From a virus: a stretch of 64,000 nucleotides of DNA. Below, one piece after another: positions 1 through 10,987 of this stretch. Each line of letters opens with the position of its first letter. Positions within the stretch are counted from its first letter, which is position 1. The translations under genes were made by a program, and so were the position numbers. The stretch is from IMG/VR virus record IMGVR_UViG_3300045999_007505. One strand, 5' to 3'. The notes below the pieces were generated by a model that was not told the DNA's origin, made no database searches, and saw nothing but the letters and a program-made list of their open reading frames with translations.

Positions 1-20
1 GACCTAGTAATTCAACTTTA

Positions 21-209
21 TTATTTGCCATATTTTTTTCTCAAGTATTCTGCCCATGCCCGTTGCTTGCGTCCATTCACAAAGAACCAACCACAATTCA
101 TTTCAAACCATTTGTTAATTTCATATGACCAATGACGTAAAGCGTGCCAACCTAACCATACCATGGTTATGATCCAAATGCTAATTAGTATTATCAGTAA
201 CGTGTTCAT
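21..209 (-). CDS. small hypothetical membrane protein
   Basis: 62-aa ORF with N-terminal hydrophobic helix (LLIILISIWIITMVWLGW); same strand as neighbours. Confidence 0.6.
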   Translation of the reverse strand: MNTLLIILISIWIITMVWLGWHALRHWSYEINKWFEMNCGWFFVNGRKQRAWAEYLRKKYGK

Positions 210-414
210 CTTCTATAATTTCTGCTTCTTGTATGGTTTCACAAAACATGAAATGAGTTTCAGATCTTAATACGTGATCGGCTTGTACCCATTCCATATA
301 TATTTTAACATAATCCATATTAGGTAGTTCTCCGAGCTTGCGAGCAAAGTGAGATATGGGCTTTTGCTTTAATATGATGTATGCAGCATCGCCATGTTTA
401 TATATCGATCTCAT
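181..414 (-). CDS. hypothetical protein
   Basis: ORF track 181..423; ATG at 414 overlaps the upstream TGA (ATGA) and is the likelier start. Confidence 0.6.
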   Translation of the reverse strand: MRSIYKHGDAAYIILKQKPISHFARKLGELPNMDYVKIYMEWVQADHVLRSETHFMFCETIQEAEIIEDEHVTDNTN

Positions 415-644
415 TGTCCCCATTCCTCATAACCCATTTGTATTGCATCTGAAATACTCAATTTAGGATTTTCTTTCATACGCTTCAATGCCCAAGTCAC
501 AACTTCCGTTTCCACTTTCAAATCACGTGCATCGCGCAATACATGTTCTACAATGTCCAAAGACCGGTGAATATCTTCCACCGGCCTTGGTTTAGGCGTC
601 ATTAACACCTTAATTACTTTTTGATATATTTTGCTTTGCTTCAT
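411..644 (-). CDS. hypothetical protein
   Basis: 77-aa ORF starting immediately after the groEL stop. Confidence 0.65.
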   Translation of the reverse strand: MKQSKIYQKVIKVLMTPKPRPVEDIHRSLDIVEHVLRDARDLKVETEVVTWALKRMKENPKLSISDAIQMGYEEWGQ

Positions 645-645
645 G

Positions 646-2286
<1,641 letters not shown>

Positions 2287-2290
2287 TTAA

Positions 2291-2298
2291 TATAAATA
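2291..2298 (-). promoter_or_regulatory. putative late promoter TATTTATA upstream of groEL
   Basis: One copy of a motif that recurs in intergenic positions across the window. Confidence 0.5.
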
Positions 2299-2299
2299 T

Positions 2300-4366
2300 T
2301 TACTTAGCAATTTCCAAGAACTTAGAATTCAATGTTCTTGCAACTTCTTGCATATTCTTCGGATCGATAAATTTAGCATCTTGTCCATACATGGTACGGA
2401 ATGGAGTCTTATTCGCAATACCACCATTTTCGTAAATAAAATAACTAATAACATTGATACCTAATTCTCGGAATCCATTAATTACTCTGCGCGTAAATTG
2501 GATACCATCATATCCTGGAGCTGCTCCTGATGGGTCCGTTGGATATCCATCTGAGTAATTAATAAAGATACACTCATCACCTTTTGCATCTCGTTTAATG
2601 TCTTGCTCAATACTCTTAAATGCAACGCCCTCAGGAGTACAACCAAATACATCTAGATATTTGAAATAGTTACGAATCTTGCTAATCTTATCATGTGCCG
2701 AATCATATGCATACAATGTAGCCGGCTTTTCTCGGTTACCTGATGAAGATTCAGTACCTCGAAGTGAAATTTGTACTCGGATACCCGTTGTCATTGATGC
2801 GGCTTGTGCAATTGCAACAGCTGACATAACAGCATTTCGAAATTTATTACCTGACATTGATCCAGATGCATCAATTGAAATATGAATAAAATAATTTTTG
2901 TATCGGTCCGTTACGATGCGATGAAATACATTAGCATTGTCATATCCTAATTGCGAAATCAATCTGCGATCAATCTTACCAGCTTGCAAACGAGTGGTCT
3001 TCAAAGTTCGGTCTGCATTTCGTAATTGCAACTTGCGACCCAATGTCTTACCTAAAATGATACCTTGCGTTACTGATTCATCATTTCTTTGAATATGTTT
3101 AACGCGATTTTGCTCAGAAGCTACATCCGCAGCATAATTCAATTTACCTGCAATATAATCATTTGATCTGCTTGCAAATAAATGTGGCATTGCTGCAATG
3201 ATACCGGCAGTAAATTTCTTGATAACAACTGCATCAACAAAATTTGCAGTGCCACTTTCATTTGTTGCCACCTGACGAACCTCCGTACCCGATTCGCGAA
3301 TTGCATTAACTATGCTTGCTTGCGTTTTATTCAAACGACCCGTTTTCTTGTTGTCGCCTTTAAGGAAGTCTCGTTGCTTTTCAATTGCCTTTGACAATTT
3401 CTTAAGGTCATTTGCTGACAATGAAGATCCGCCGTCGATACCACCTTCGGTTGCTTCGGCCGATGAATCGCCATCTTGGTCATCGCCATCTTGGTCATCG
3501 CCTTCGCCATCACCTTGTCCCATACCGCCATCACCTTGCTGAGGTTCGTCACCATCTTGCGGCTTTGCATTTTCTTGTTTTTCTGCCTCAGCTTCTGCAA
3601 CAGCATCCTTAATAAGCTTGTATACTTTGCATGCAACTAACAATGCATCTTCGGTCGACTGCAATCTTTGAATATTTCTAAGATCAATCACATTCCAAAT
3701 TTCTTGCAATGCTGCAAGCGATTTCAAATTGCGATTAGGATTAGTTAGATTGATGATATGAAACATATAATCTTCCCACGTCTCCTCACACATTTCATTT
3801 GCCTTAAGCGCTTTGTCAATAACTTTGTCATTGAAATATCTATCATACATTGCTTCATAATACATACGATAGCCTGGCGCATTTGTATAGATATATAAAT
3901 CAATGCGTCGATCCTCAATCCAATTCAATAAATCTTTGATGGTGCTAAAGTCTTTGTGAGACATTGTCATGTCCGGGTCATATCCATTTAGCCGAACAAT
4001 TTGTGCCATTTGCGTGCTTGATAATATACCACCTTTAAACATGTTAAAGTCAGTCAATGCAATATGTGACCCTTCATGCAATGCCAATCCAACAGCTGGA
4101 TCAAAATTCTTATCATCAAGCTTGGTACCAATTACAACGGATTCGCCATCTGTGTAACTTGCATCTGCGGACTGAAATACTACGGGAATTGATTTGCCCG
4201 TAACAATGTTAACGAAATTAGCAATGGCTCGTTGCGTTGCAGCCAACTTGGTATAGTCAATACCATCACCTCGTTTAAAGTCTGTATCAAAATCATCACT
4301 CAACCAAAAGCTAGATGCTGACTTTGAATAATATTGTTTGCCATCAAATTTGCCTAAAATACTCAT
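2300..4366 (-). CDS. VWA-domain protein (CobT/MoxR-partner type) with N-terminal HExxH region and acidic linker
   Basis: MIDAS DASGS...T...SDG in C-terminal domain; LALHEGSH and IEDRRID near N-terminus; G/D-rich linker; adjacent to a MoxR ATPase. Confidence 0.85.
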   Translation of the reverse strand: MSILGKFDGKQYYSKSASSFWLSDDFDTDFKRGDGIDYTKLAATQRAIANFVNIVTGKSIPVVFQSADASYTDGESVVIGTKLDDKNFDPAVGLALHEGSHIALTDFNMFKGGILSSTQMAQIVRLNGYDPDMTMSHKDFSTIKDLLNWIEDRRIDLYIYTNAPGYRMYYEAMYDRYFNDKVIDKALKANEMCEETWEDYMFHIINLTNPNRNLKSLAALQEIWNVIDLRNIQRLQSTEDALLVACKVYKLIKDAVAEAEAEKQENAKPQDGDEPQQGDGGMGQGDGEGDDQDGDDQDGDSSAEATEGGIDGGSSLSANDLKKLSKAIEKQRDFLKGDNKKTGRLNKTQASIVNAIRESGTEVRQVATNESGTANFVDAVVIKKFTAGIIAAMPHLFASRSNDYIAGKLNYAADVASEQNRVKHIQRNDESVTQGIILGKTLGRKLQLRNADRTLKTTRLQAGKIDRRLISQLGYDNANVFHRIVTDRYKNYFIHISIDASGSMSGNKFRNAVMSAVAIAQAASMTTGIRVQISLRGTESSSGNREKPATLYAYDSAHDKISKIRNYFKYLDVFGCTPEGVAFKSIEQDIKRDAKGDECIFINYSDGYPTDPSGAAPGYDGIQFTRRVINGFRELGINVISYFIYENGGIANKTPFRTMYGQDAKFIDPKNMQEVARTLNSKFLEIAK
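3467..3502. repeat. 15-bp tandem repeat (ATCGCCATCTTGGTC x2 plus partial) encoding a GDDQD linker repeat
   Basis: Directly visible; lies inside the VWA gene. Confidence 0.8.
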
Positions 4367-4384
4367 ATGCTCTTTATTTTAAAT

Positions 4385-4413
4385 ATAATATGAAATTACT
4401 ATTCAGTTTCCAA
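4385..4413 (-). promoter_or_regulatory. sigma70-like promoter TTGGAA-N17-TATTAT for the VWA gene
   Basis: Near-duplicate of the element upstream of the MoxR gene; 17-bp spacer. Confidence 0.7.
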
Positions 4414-4421
4414 CCAAAAAC

Positions 4422-4449
4422 AAAAAAAAAGGCGACATTTCTGCCGCCT
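4422..4449 (-). terminator. intrinsic terminator after the MoxR gene
   Basis: AGGCGGCA-GAAA-TGTCGCCT hairpin running into a T9 tract on the minus strand. Confidence 0.85.
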
Positions 4450-4467
4450 CTTTTGAGCTATGAAAAA

Positions 4468-5628
4468 TTAGAATGGTATTTCTTGTCCCTCAGCATCAAC
4501 ACCGGTATTGAAGATGTCTTTCATTTCGGTTGCCATATGCTTTTGGATAATTTGCTTGACAAAGGTTCTTTCAGAATCTGTACCACCCGATGCATCAAAG
4601 AAAGGAAGGATCGATACCTCAGCGGCTTCAGACAAAGAAAAGCCATCTGCCAACAATTCACATACACGCACTGTCATACGAGTGGATACCATTGTGGTAA
4701 GTTTACCATCTTCTGATCTCCATTCCTTACGAGTTGCATCTGCAATGTCTGCCACTGCATGAATCAATCCGCGGGATACTGTCGGGAATCGTTTTGTCAA
4801 TAAATCTTCTTCTTGGGATAGTGACAAGATATCAACTTCAATAATCTCAAATCGATCCATCAATGCTCGGTCCAATACCCGAGTGGATGTATATTCGGTA
4901 CCAATGTTTGCTGTTGCAATAAACGATACACCTGAGGCAACTCGAATGGTAGGCGAATTGATATCTTCATCCAATCGCAGATACCTTTGACCCTCATCCA
5001 ATACTGTCATCAAGATGTTCCAAGCCTCCGGATGCGCACGAGACAACTCATCTAATAGAATAACCGCATTCTCGGTTTGAATTGCCTTGACAAATGCCGA
5101 TTCATCAAACGATGTTTGACCATCAACGAAATGTGTATTACCAATTAAGGTTGCTCTTGGATCTTGCGTTGCACCCAAGTTAAAATAATAGAAAGGACGA
5201 TTGGTTGCCACAGGAAGTTCTTTTGCTGCTTGAGTCTTACCACAACCTGCAGGGCCAACCATCATGATGTTTTTGCCACGCACTGCAGATCGAACCAAAT
5301 ATTTCCATTTGATGTCAGACATTTCCAATGTTGCAGGCTTAATTTTATAAGCATTCTGAATTAGACTAAGTACTGCATCTTGTTCTTGTGGCATAGGTTG
5401 TGGTGTTGGTTGTGATTGTTTAATGTCTTCTAATTCAATACCGGACTTGTTCATACGCTTTGCCCGGCCGGTTTCTTCATCAAACAACAATATCTCATCA
5501 TTGTCGAATGCATGTTTAATCATGATAGGACGAAACAAATTGGTAATGTCTTTGTCTGTACCAAACTCGATAATTTGCGGATTGCCATTTACTAAGGTTG
5601 GCACACCAATAACTTTTTTGTTTTTCAT
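4468..5628 (-). CDS. MoxR/CbbQ/CobS-like AAA+ ATPase
   Basis: Walker A GPAGCGKT, Walker B ILLDE, ATAN sensor, LDRALMDRF arginine finger, STR motif. Confidence 0.92.
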   Translation of the reverse strand: MKNKKVIGVPTLVNGNPQIIEFGTDKDITNLFRPIMIKHAFDNDEILLFDEETGRAKRMNKSGIELEDIKQSQPTPQPMPQEQDAVLSLIQNAYKIKPATLEMSDIKWKYLVRSAVRGKNIMMVGPAGCGKTQAAKELPVATNRPFYYFNLGATQDPRATLIGNTHFVDGQTSFDESAFVKAIQTENAVILLDELSRAHPEAWNILMTVLDEGQRYLRLDEDINSPTIRVASGVSFIATANIGTEYTSTRVLDRALMDRFEIIEVDILSLSQEEDLLTKRFPTVSRGLIHAVADIADATRKEWRSEDGKLTTMVSTRMTVRVCELLADGFSLSEAAEVSILPFFDASGGTDSERTFVKQIIQKHMATEMKDIFNTGVDAEGQEIPF

Positions 5629-5647
5629 AACTCTTTTTATTTTCTAT

Positions 5648-5676
5648 ATAATATGAAATAAAGAGTTACATTCCAA
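5648..5676 (-). promoter_or_regulatory. sigma70-like promoter TTGGAA-N17-TATTAT for the MoxR gene
   Basis: Same boxes and spacer as at 4385-4413. Confidence 0.7.
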
Positions 5677-5692
5677 CCAAAATGTTATTTTT

Positions 5693-6055
5693 TTACCATT
5701 TTCTACAAGACCAATATCTTGCTGAGGTTCTGTCTTTAGCAGTATGACAACGGTGTCTTGCTCTAAATGAACGCCTACGTGCGGGATTGCTTTTACGTAT
5801 TCTCATATTAGGGTCGCCGAAGTTGACCTTTACAACGTTGCCTTTGGCATTTTTAACGTAGACTTTGAATTTCTTAACATCGCCTTGCATTGGTTTGCCC
5901 AATTGCACTTTGCGACCGTGATATTCGGCTTCATTGATTCCTTTTGCCTTGATGATTACATATTCCGGATTTTCATCTGCAGATTTAATTGATTTAATTA
6001 AACACGCAGAACAATAACCTTCTGCTACTGGTATTTGTGATTCATGTAATGTCAT
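5693..6055 (-). CDS. basic phage protein (putative virion/internal head protein)
   Basis: K/R-rich C-terminus KKFKVYVKN...VNFGDPNMRI...RRSFRARHRC...YWSCRKW; late motif at 6070-6077. Confidence 0.7.
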   Translation of the reverse strand: MTLHESQIPVAEGYCSACLIKSIKSADENPEYVIIKAKGINEAEYHGRKVQLGKPMQGDVKKFKVYVKNAKGNVVKVNFGDPNMRIRKSNPARRRSFRARHRCHTAKDRTSARYWSCRKW

Positions 6056-6079
6056 TGCGTTTCTTTATATATAAATATG

Positions 6080-7930
6080 TTACATATTTTTCGTGGCTTC
6101 ATATTTTTTTATATCATATTCTAAAGATGCTATATTATTTGCAAACAATGTGTTTATTGATGGAAGTTGTGTTAAAACGTCTAAAAGTACCTGGTTGTAT
6201 AAATAATTGCCGACTTTAATATCGTCGCCATCCCAACTTGGATCTTTTTCTTTCATTAAACGCTGTATGTCTTTAGCTAATGCATGGCCGTTTCTTGCAC
6301 TTCGCATCAGTTCATACGCAGTTTCATAACCACCTAAATATAACTCGCCTAGGTTTACAGGTTTCAATGCATCAATAAATTCAGATACTGTCATTTCTAA
6401 TTTTGTAGCAGAATTTGTAGCTAACTCGTATAGGGTTGTTGGCAATCCTGTTAAGGATTTGATGGTACTATCAGAAATAACTAGTTGTGTTGGTCCTGCT
6501 TTAAGACCTTTAAAACTACCAATACCGCATCGTGTAAGATCAATACGATTAGTAACAATTGTATCAAGCGTTTCGCATGAATCAAAATCCATGTTTCTAA
6601 CTATTAATTTTTGACATTGCTGTGGAAAGTTATCAAATGTTGTTGCATCTCGTTGAATAGTAATACTAAAACTAAATATTGTTTGAAATGCAATTGGAGA
6701 ATATGGTACGTCAACCTTGTATGAAACGGGTAAATTTGGTGCATTAACATACAATTTATCTGATTCATTGAATTGCAGACCGCTCATATATTGAGGTTCA
6801 TTGTTAAATGAATATTTGGCTAAAATGTATTCAACTTCATCTACCGTTTGTGCTAATCGACCTTGTTTCAATAAATTAGCAACTTTTTGTTCAATCTGCG
6901 GATCACTAAATTTAGTTACAGTTCTATCACCAGTATCACAATACAATGTATCTATCAACCTAAACATGCCCGATTTGCCAGGTTGAACTTCGTTAACGAG
7001 TCGATTAACTTCGTCTAAAAATCCAGCCGGCGGTGTTCCATACGCCCGTTGTTCTGCTTGATAAAATACTGAATCTGGATTGGTTATATTGACAAATGGT
7101 TTAATTGCAACTCGAGCTACAGGATTCTTAATATTCAAATCATCATTTCGAACTAAATATGCAACCATCGTGCCGGCTTCAACATCGTATTGAACATACC
7201 TTGAATTAATTCCATCATATACGTTCATGCAGCTTGTCCATCCGCGACCTGTACTCATTCCTGCTACATCATATCGGTGTTTTGAAAATACAATGTAAAA
7301 TGATTTAACTTTGTTTTCTCGATACAATTTAACTTCTGGAATTGCATTGTATTTGGCTATAAGATCTTCGATTTGTTCGCGTGCCTCATCTTTTAGTTGT
7401 TTGCGAACATCTTCCATTGGACGCTCGCCCATTAATGTTTCGCGACCCTTTTCATCTTTCTGGATGTATTTTTCAAGTTCTTTTAATCGGTGCTGAATTT
7501 TGGTTTTAGTAACAAGCCCGGTAATCCATTTAGATATCTTTGTTTTGCGACCATATTCATCTGCTACCGTACCTTGAAATATATCGTCATATTGAGGCAT
7601 TAACGTGGTTTCTCTGCCAACATCATCTACTTTGCCGTCTATACGGTCTGCCTTTTGCAGTATTTCTCGCATCTCATACCAAAATTCAGAATACTGTTCA
7701 CTCAAATCGCTAATATCAATTGCTACTTCTTTGGTTTCATATGGTATGCCAACTCGATCCATTCTGCGAGATGATTTAGTATCTGGCAATGCTGCCAATG
7801 CAGATAACATTGCATCCATACGTTGTTCGATTTCAGGATTGCGATCTATCGAAACATACTTGCGAGCCGTTTTTAAGGGTAGTGCTTCTTTGATTAGTTG
7901 AATTTCTAGTATTGGTTTCAATTTAATCAC
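6080..7930 (-). CDS. large hypothetical protein with C-terminal LRR-like region and MIKLKPILE leader
   Basis: 616-aa ORF; GMSTGRGWTSCM central motif; IGSFKGL / IKSLTGLP repeats. Confidence 0.7.
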   Translation of the reverse strand: MIKLKPILEIQLIKEALPLKTARKYVSIDRNPEIEQRMDAMLSALAALPDTKSSRRMDRVGIPYETKEVAIDISDLSEQYSEFWYEMREILQKADRIDGKVDDVGRETTLMPQYDDIFQGTVADEYGRKTKISKWITGLVTKTKIQHRLKELEKYIQKDEKGRETLMGERPMEDVRKQLKDEAREQIEDLIAKYNAIPEVKLYRENKVKSFYIVFSKHRYDVAGMSTGRGWTSCMNVYDGINSRYVQYDVEAGTMVAYLVRNDDLNIKNPVARVAIKPFVNITNPDSVFYQAEQRAYGTPPAGFLDEVNRLVNEVQPGKSGMFRLIDTLYCDTGDRTVTKFSDPQIEQKVANLLKQGRLAQTVDEVEYILAKYSFNNEPQYMSGLQFNESDKLYVNAPNLPVSYKVDVPYSPIAFQTIFSFSITIQRDATTFDNFPQQCQKLIVRNMDFDSCETLDTIVTNRIDLTRCGIGSFKGLKAGPTQLVISDSTIKSLTGLPTTLYELATNSATKLEMTVSEFIDALKPVNLGELYLGGYETAYELMRSARNGHALAKDIQRLMKEKDPSWDGDDIKVGNYLYNQVLLDVLTQLPSINTLFANNIASLEYDIKKYEATKNM

Positions 7931-8679
7931 TATAACTCCTGCCGAATTGCTAATTTAGGAAGATATGTTCTCCAAGTAGTTAATATGTTTTCTTTTTCTT
8001 GTGGCGTGATTGTTTTATTATCTACCCACATAGATAAATATTCATCAACTACCGTTTTGAATGGTTGTTTGCTTTTCTTTGCCTTAAAATATAAACCTTG
8101 AAGCATTGCTGGTATTTCTTTTGGTAATGTAAAATAACGTGCCTGCGGTAATTTACCTGAATCGATTTTATTTCTAAGTGCCGCATCCGATGAAATGTAT
8201 TTACCATTAATTGTATTCCAACCTGATTGCGTAACATGTTCAATTTCATGACGCAATGTATCACGCAGATTCATTGCAATGCTACTTAATACGCGAGGAT
8301 ACTCTGCTGGGTCAATTTGAAATCGTATTTCAATCAATGGTTGTTCATCTGAATTGCGTTTGGAATCATTGAATGCATCTCCGCCGTATCGCAAATCATC
8401 CAATCCTTCAATCCATTGCACCTTGAGTTGCAAATAAAATTCTACCGGAATGGTTGCATTTTCTACCTCTTCAAAGTATATGTAAGGTTGAGTCTCATCA
8501 TCTTCAATTTCAGGAACTGTTTCGTCTTGCTTGTAAAAAATCTTTACCGATCCAAATTTGCCAGCTGGATTAGATGCTGCCGAATAACTGTCTTTGATTA
8601 TGCCAAGCAATTTATTTGATAATGCAGTGACTAATGAATCATACCGACCTTCTAAAAATAAATGCTTTAATGATATCAT
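7930..8679 (-). CDS. putative zincin-like metallopeptidase with MISLKHLFLE leader
   Basis: LRHEIEH (HExxH) plus downstream YFTLPKEIPA; ATG at 8679 follows the late motif. Confidence 0.65.
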   Translation of the reverse strand: MISLKHLFLEGRYDSLVTALSNKLLGIIKDSYSAASNPAGKFGSVKIFYKQDETVPEIEDDETQPYIYFEEVENATIPVEFYLQLKVQWIEGLDDLRYGGDAFNDSKRNSDEQPLIEIRFQIDPAEYPRVLSSIAMNLRDTLRHEIEHVTQSGWNTINGKYISSDAALRNKIDSGKLPQARYFTLPKEIPAMLQGLYFKAKKSKQPFKTVVDEYLSMWVDNKTITPQEKENILTTWRTYLPKLAIRQEL

Positions 8680-8690
8680 ATTAATAAATA

Positions 8691-9245
8691 TCACTCAAGT
8701 AGATTGTAATTCCAATAACGTTCTTTATCTTCATTAAATGGATTACCTGTTTGTTGATAGTAACAATTCATACACAGCATTTGTAGATTTTCTATGCAAT
8801 GATTTGTTTCATCTCCATCAATGTGGTCTAAAAGTAAAGGAACTGTATCATCGGTTATTCTGCGTTCTGCATAACCACAGGAATTGCATTGTTCTGGAAG
8901 TATTGCCAATGCCAATAATCTGTTACGTAGCTTCCAGGTAGGATAGTTAGGATGCTTGCCTGTCAGGATATTATCAATTGAATATATACCTTTGTTGGCT
9001 TTGCAAACATCTTTTGGTATGCCTACCCCAAATTGATTTTTATGTAGCTCATACAAAGTCTTTTCGGTATCTCGATCCGTATACAATCGAGCATACTTTT
9101 TATAAGTAGTGAATGATACTTTGAGAAAGCGAGCAGCTTCGGCATTAGATTTAGTATTTTCCATTGCATAGCGTATTTCGCTTTCTGGAATATCTAATGC
9201 CGTTTTACCAATACCGTAAACGTATTTGTATTGCTTTTCTTCCAT
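8691..9245 (-). CDS. HNH endonuclease-family protein with N-terminal HTH-like region
   Basis: CNSC...LDHIDGDETNHCIENLQMLCMNC; SNAEAARFLKVSFTTYKKY resembles an HTH. Confidence 0.85.
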   Translation of the reverse strand: MEEKQYKYVYGIGKTALDIPESEIRYAMENTKSNAEAARFLKVSFTTYKKYARLYTDRDTEKTLYELHKNQFGVGIPKDVCKANKGIYSIDNILTGKHPNYPTWKLRNRLLALAILPEQCNSCGYAERRITDDTVPLLLDHIDGDETNHCIENLQMLCMNCYYQQTGNPFNEDKERYWNYNLLE

Positions 9246-9631
9246 TAATACAATCCGTGCTTTTTTAAGATGCTAACTGCTTCTTTTGGAAACGTTTTCG
9301 TTTCATACATTTCTTTTACCATATCATTTAATTTAGATATCTTTGCTGCAAAGAATGTAGGATGTACTTTAGATAATCGTTTTACATCATCAATCCAAAA
9401 TGAGTATACTGGATACTTATCTACAAATCGATCTGCATCCGTACGGTTCTCCCAATATTCAATTTGATCTTGCAAAGGCCACATATGAATTGGAATGTTT
9501 GGATCTTTACGTATACCTGATTTAAACGGCATACCCTGTTCACGCTTTATGTTTTTGGAAATAAATTTGTCCATGATCATTGCAGAACGATCTTTTGGGG
9601 ACATCCCTGTGTGTGCTGATTTTCTACCCAT
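9245..9631 (-). CDS. hypothetical protein
   Basis: 128-aa ORF coupled (TAATG) to the HNH gene. Confidence 0.7.
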   Translation of the reverse strand: MGRKSAHTGMSPKDRSAMIMDKFISKNIKREQGMPFKSGIRKDPNIPIHMWPLQDQIEYWENRTDADRFVDKYPVYSFWIDDVKRLSKVHPTFFAAKISKLNDMVKEMYETKTFPKEAVSILKKHGLY

Positions 9632-9636
9632 TTGTT

Positions 9637-9825
9637 TTATTTTAGTTTTTCAGTTAATACAACTATCTTACGCCATGCATCTTCTGCACGGTATGCATAT
9701 GTTTTAAATTTTACAATGTCATGTTTATCCCGAGCCGCTTCCATACGTCGCATATTGCGATGGTATGCTGCATGAAGTATCGCAATGCGGAAACGAAGAA
9801 ATGCTTTATGAATTTTTCGTATCAT
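9637..9825 (-). CDS. hypothetical protein
   Basis: 62-aa ORF in operon context. Confidence 0.6.
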   Translation of the reverse strand: MIRKIHKAFLRFRIAILHAAYHRNMRRMEAARDKHDIVKFKTYAYRAEDAWRKIVVLTEKLK

Positions 9826-10081
9826 ATTTTTCTAATGTTGTTTTTAATTTACATTTAATAAAGTATTCGTATACCGATTCGCATGCATCATGAGAATCAA
9901 TAAATACTGCGCATCGGCCAGCATTGTGTACAACTAACGCGCATTGGTGTGCTTGAAATTCATTGTGGCCACAAGCATCAATCAAACAATTGATAACATG
10001 GTCAAACGTATTGTGATTATCATTATGCAATACAACTTGGTATTTGCCTCGTTTAGATTTCTTCAACACTTTCTTTGACAT
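9806..10081 (-). CDS. clpS: ATP-dependent Clp protease adaptor ClpS
   Basis: YQVVLHNDNHNTFDHVINCL...QAHQCALVVHNAGRCAV matches the ClpS core; likely start is ATG 10081 (ORF track extends to 10141). Confidence 0.88.
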   Translation of the reverse strand: MSKKVLKKSKRGKYQVVLHNDNHNTFDHVINCLIDACGHNEFQAHQCALVVHNAGRCAVFIDSHDACESVYEYFIKCKLKTTLEKYDTKNS

Positions 10082-10253
10082 CTCGTATAATTGCACATTG
10101 TTCGTATAATTCTCGCTCCGTAGCATATCGTAACGATTCATTTAAGAAGCGAAGTCTTCGTTCTTTATCCCATTGATCTGGCCATTCCCATTCGCCGGTG
10201 GCCATTACGTTGATTGAATCGATAAATAATTCTTCTATGAAATTCTTATTCAT
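10053..10253 (-). CDS. small protein with UVR (UvrB/C) motif-like C-terminus
   Basis: LRYATERELYEQCAIIRD resembles the UVR consensus LxxAxxxExYExAAxxRD. Confidence 0.6.
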   Translation of the reverse strand: MNKNFIEELFIDSINVMATGEWEWPDQWDKERRLRFLNESLRYATERELYEQCAIIRDVKESVEEI

Positions 10254-10258
10254 AACTT

Positions 10259-10287
10259 ATTATATATAAATTTGTATGTTAATCCAA
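10259..10287 (-). promoter_or_regulatory. sigma70-like promoter TTGGAT-N17-TATAAT
   Basis: Perfect TATAAT, 17-bp spacer, upstream of the UVR-clpS genes. Confidence 0.7.
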
Positions 10288-10288
10288 A

Positions 10289-10987
10289 TTATTTAATAAC
10301 TAGCTGTTGACCCGGTTTAATTAAATCTGATTTCAATCCGTTTGATTTTTTGATTTTTTCAACCGTTGTTTTATATTTTACTGCAATAGCACCTAAACTA
10401 TCTCCAGATTTAACTGTATATGTTTTGGGCGCTTTCGTTGTTTGAGTATCGGTAACCGTATTAGTTTCTTTACTCATACTTAAGAATTGTTTTTGATTCC
10501 AATCCATTCGGGGTCTTACACTAGGTTTATTTTTATATTCAGCATGATTAAGATATTCTTTTGCCGCAGCAGACCAATTCCCATCATTCATGAATTTTAC
10601 AGTTTTATGAGTTGATTTTAGTTCGCCCCGATATATTGCATTAATAAGTCCTTGCCTTACATTAACAGGTAACTTTTTATAATTGTTAACAAGTCTAGCT
10701 GCGGTCAATGATGCCGTAAATAAGTTATTCTTTAATAATTCTAAAGCATCTGAATCAGATATGCCATTTTTAAATCTACCACGGCTAACATCACTCGGAG
10801 TTAATTTATGTCCATATGCAATTGTAGGTAGACCGCCTTCTGGACTTTTATGGGGAAACCAACGTTGTTTGTCTGCATTCCATCCACCTGGTTTATAATC
10901 CTTGTTGTTCTCCCATTGCATTACTTTTTTCATAAAGTCATTAGTAATAGCAGCACCTTCTGTCAATAAACCTTTTAATGATATCAT
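10289..10987 (-). CDS. lysozyme-fold (GH24-like) muramidase with C-terminal LysM
   Basis: WE...TIAYGHKL lysozyme-like motif; GNWSAAAKEYL; YTVKSGDSLGAIAVKY...IKPGQQLVI LysM. Confidence 0.85.
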   Translation of the reverse strand: MISLKGLLTEGAAITNDFMKKVMQWENNKDYKPGGWNADKQRWFPHKSPEGGLPTIAYGHKLTPSDVSRGRFKNGISDSDALELLKNNLFTASLTAARLVNNYKKLPVNVRQGLINAIYRGELKSTHKTVKFMNDGNWSAAAKEYLNHAEYKNKPSVRPRMDWNQKQFLSMSKETNTVTDTQTTKAPKTYTVKSGDSLGAIAVKYKTTVEKIKKSNGLKSDLIKPGQQLVIK

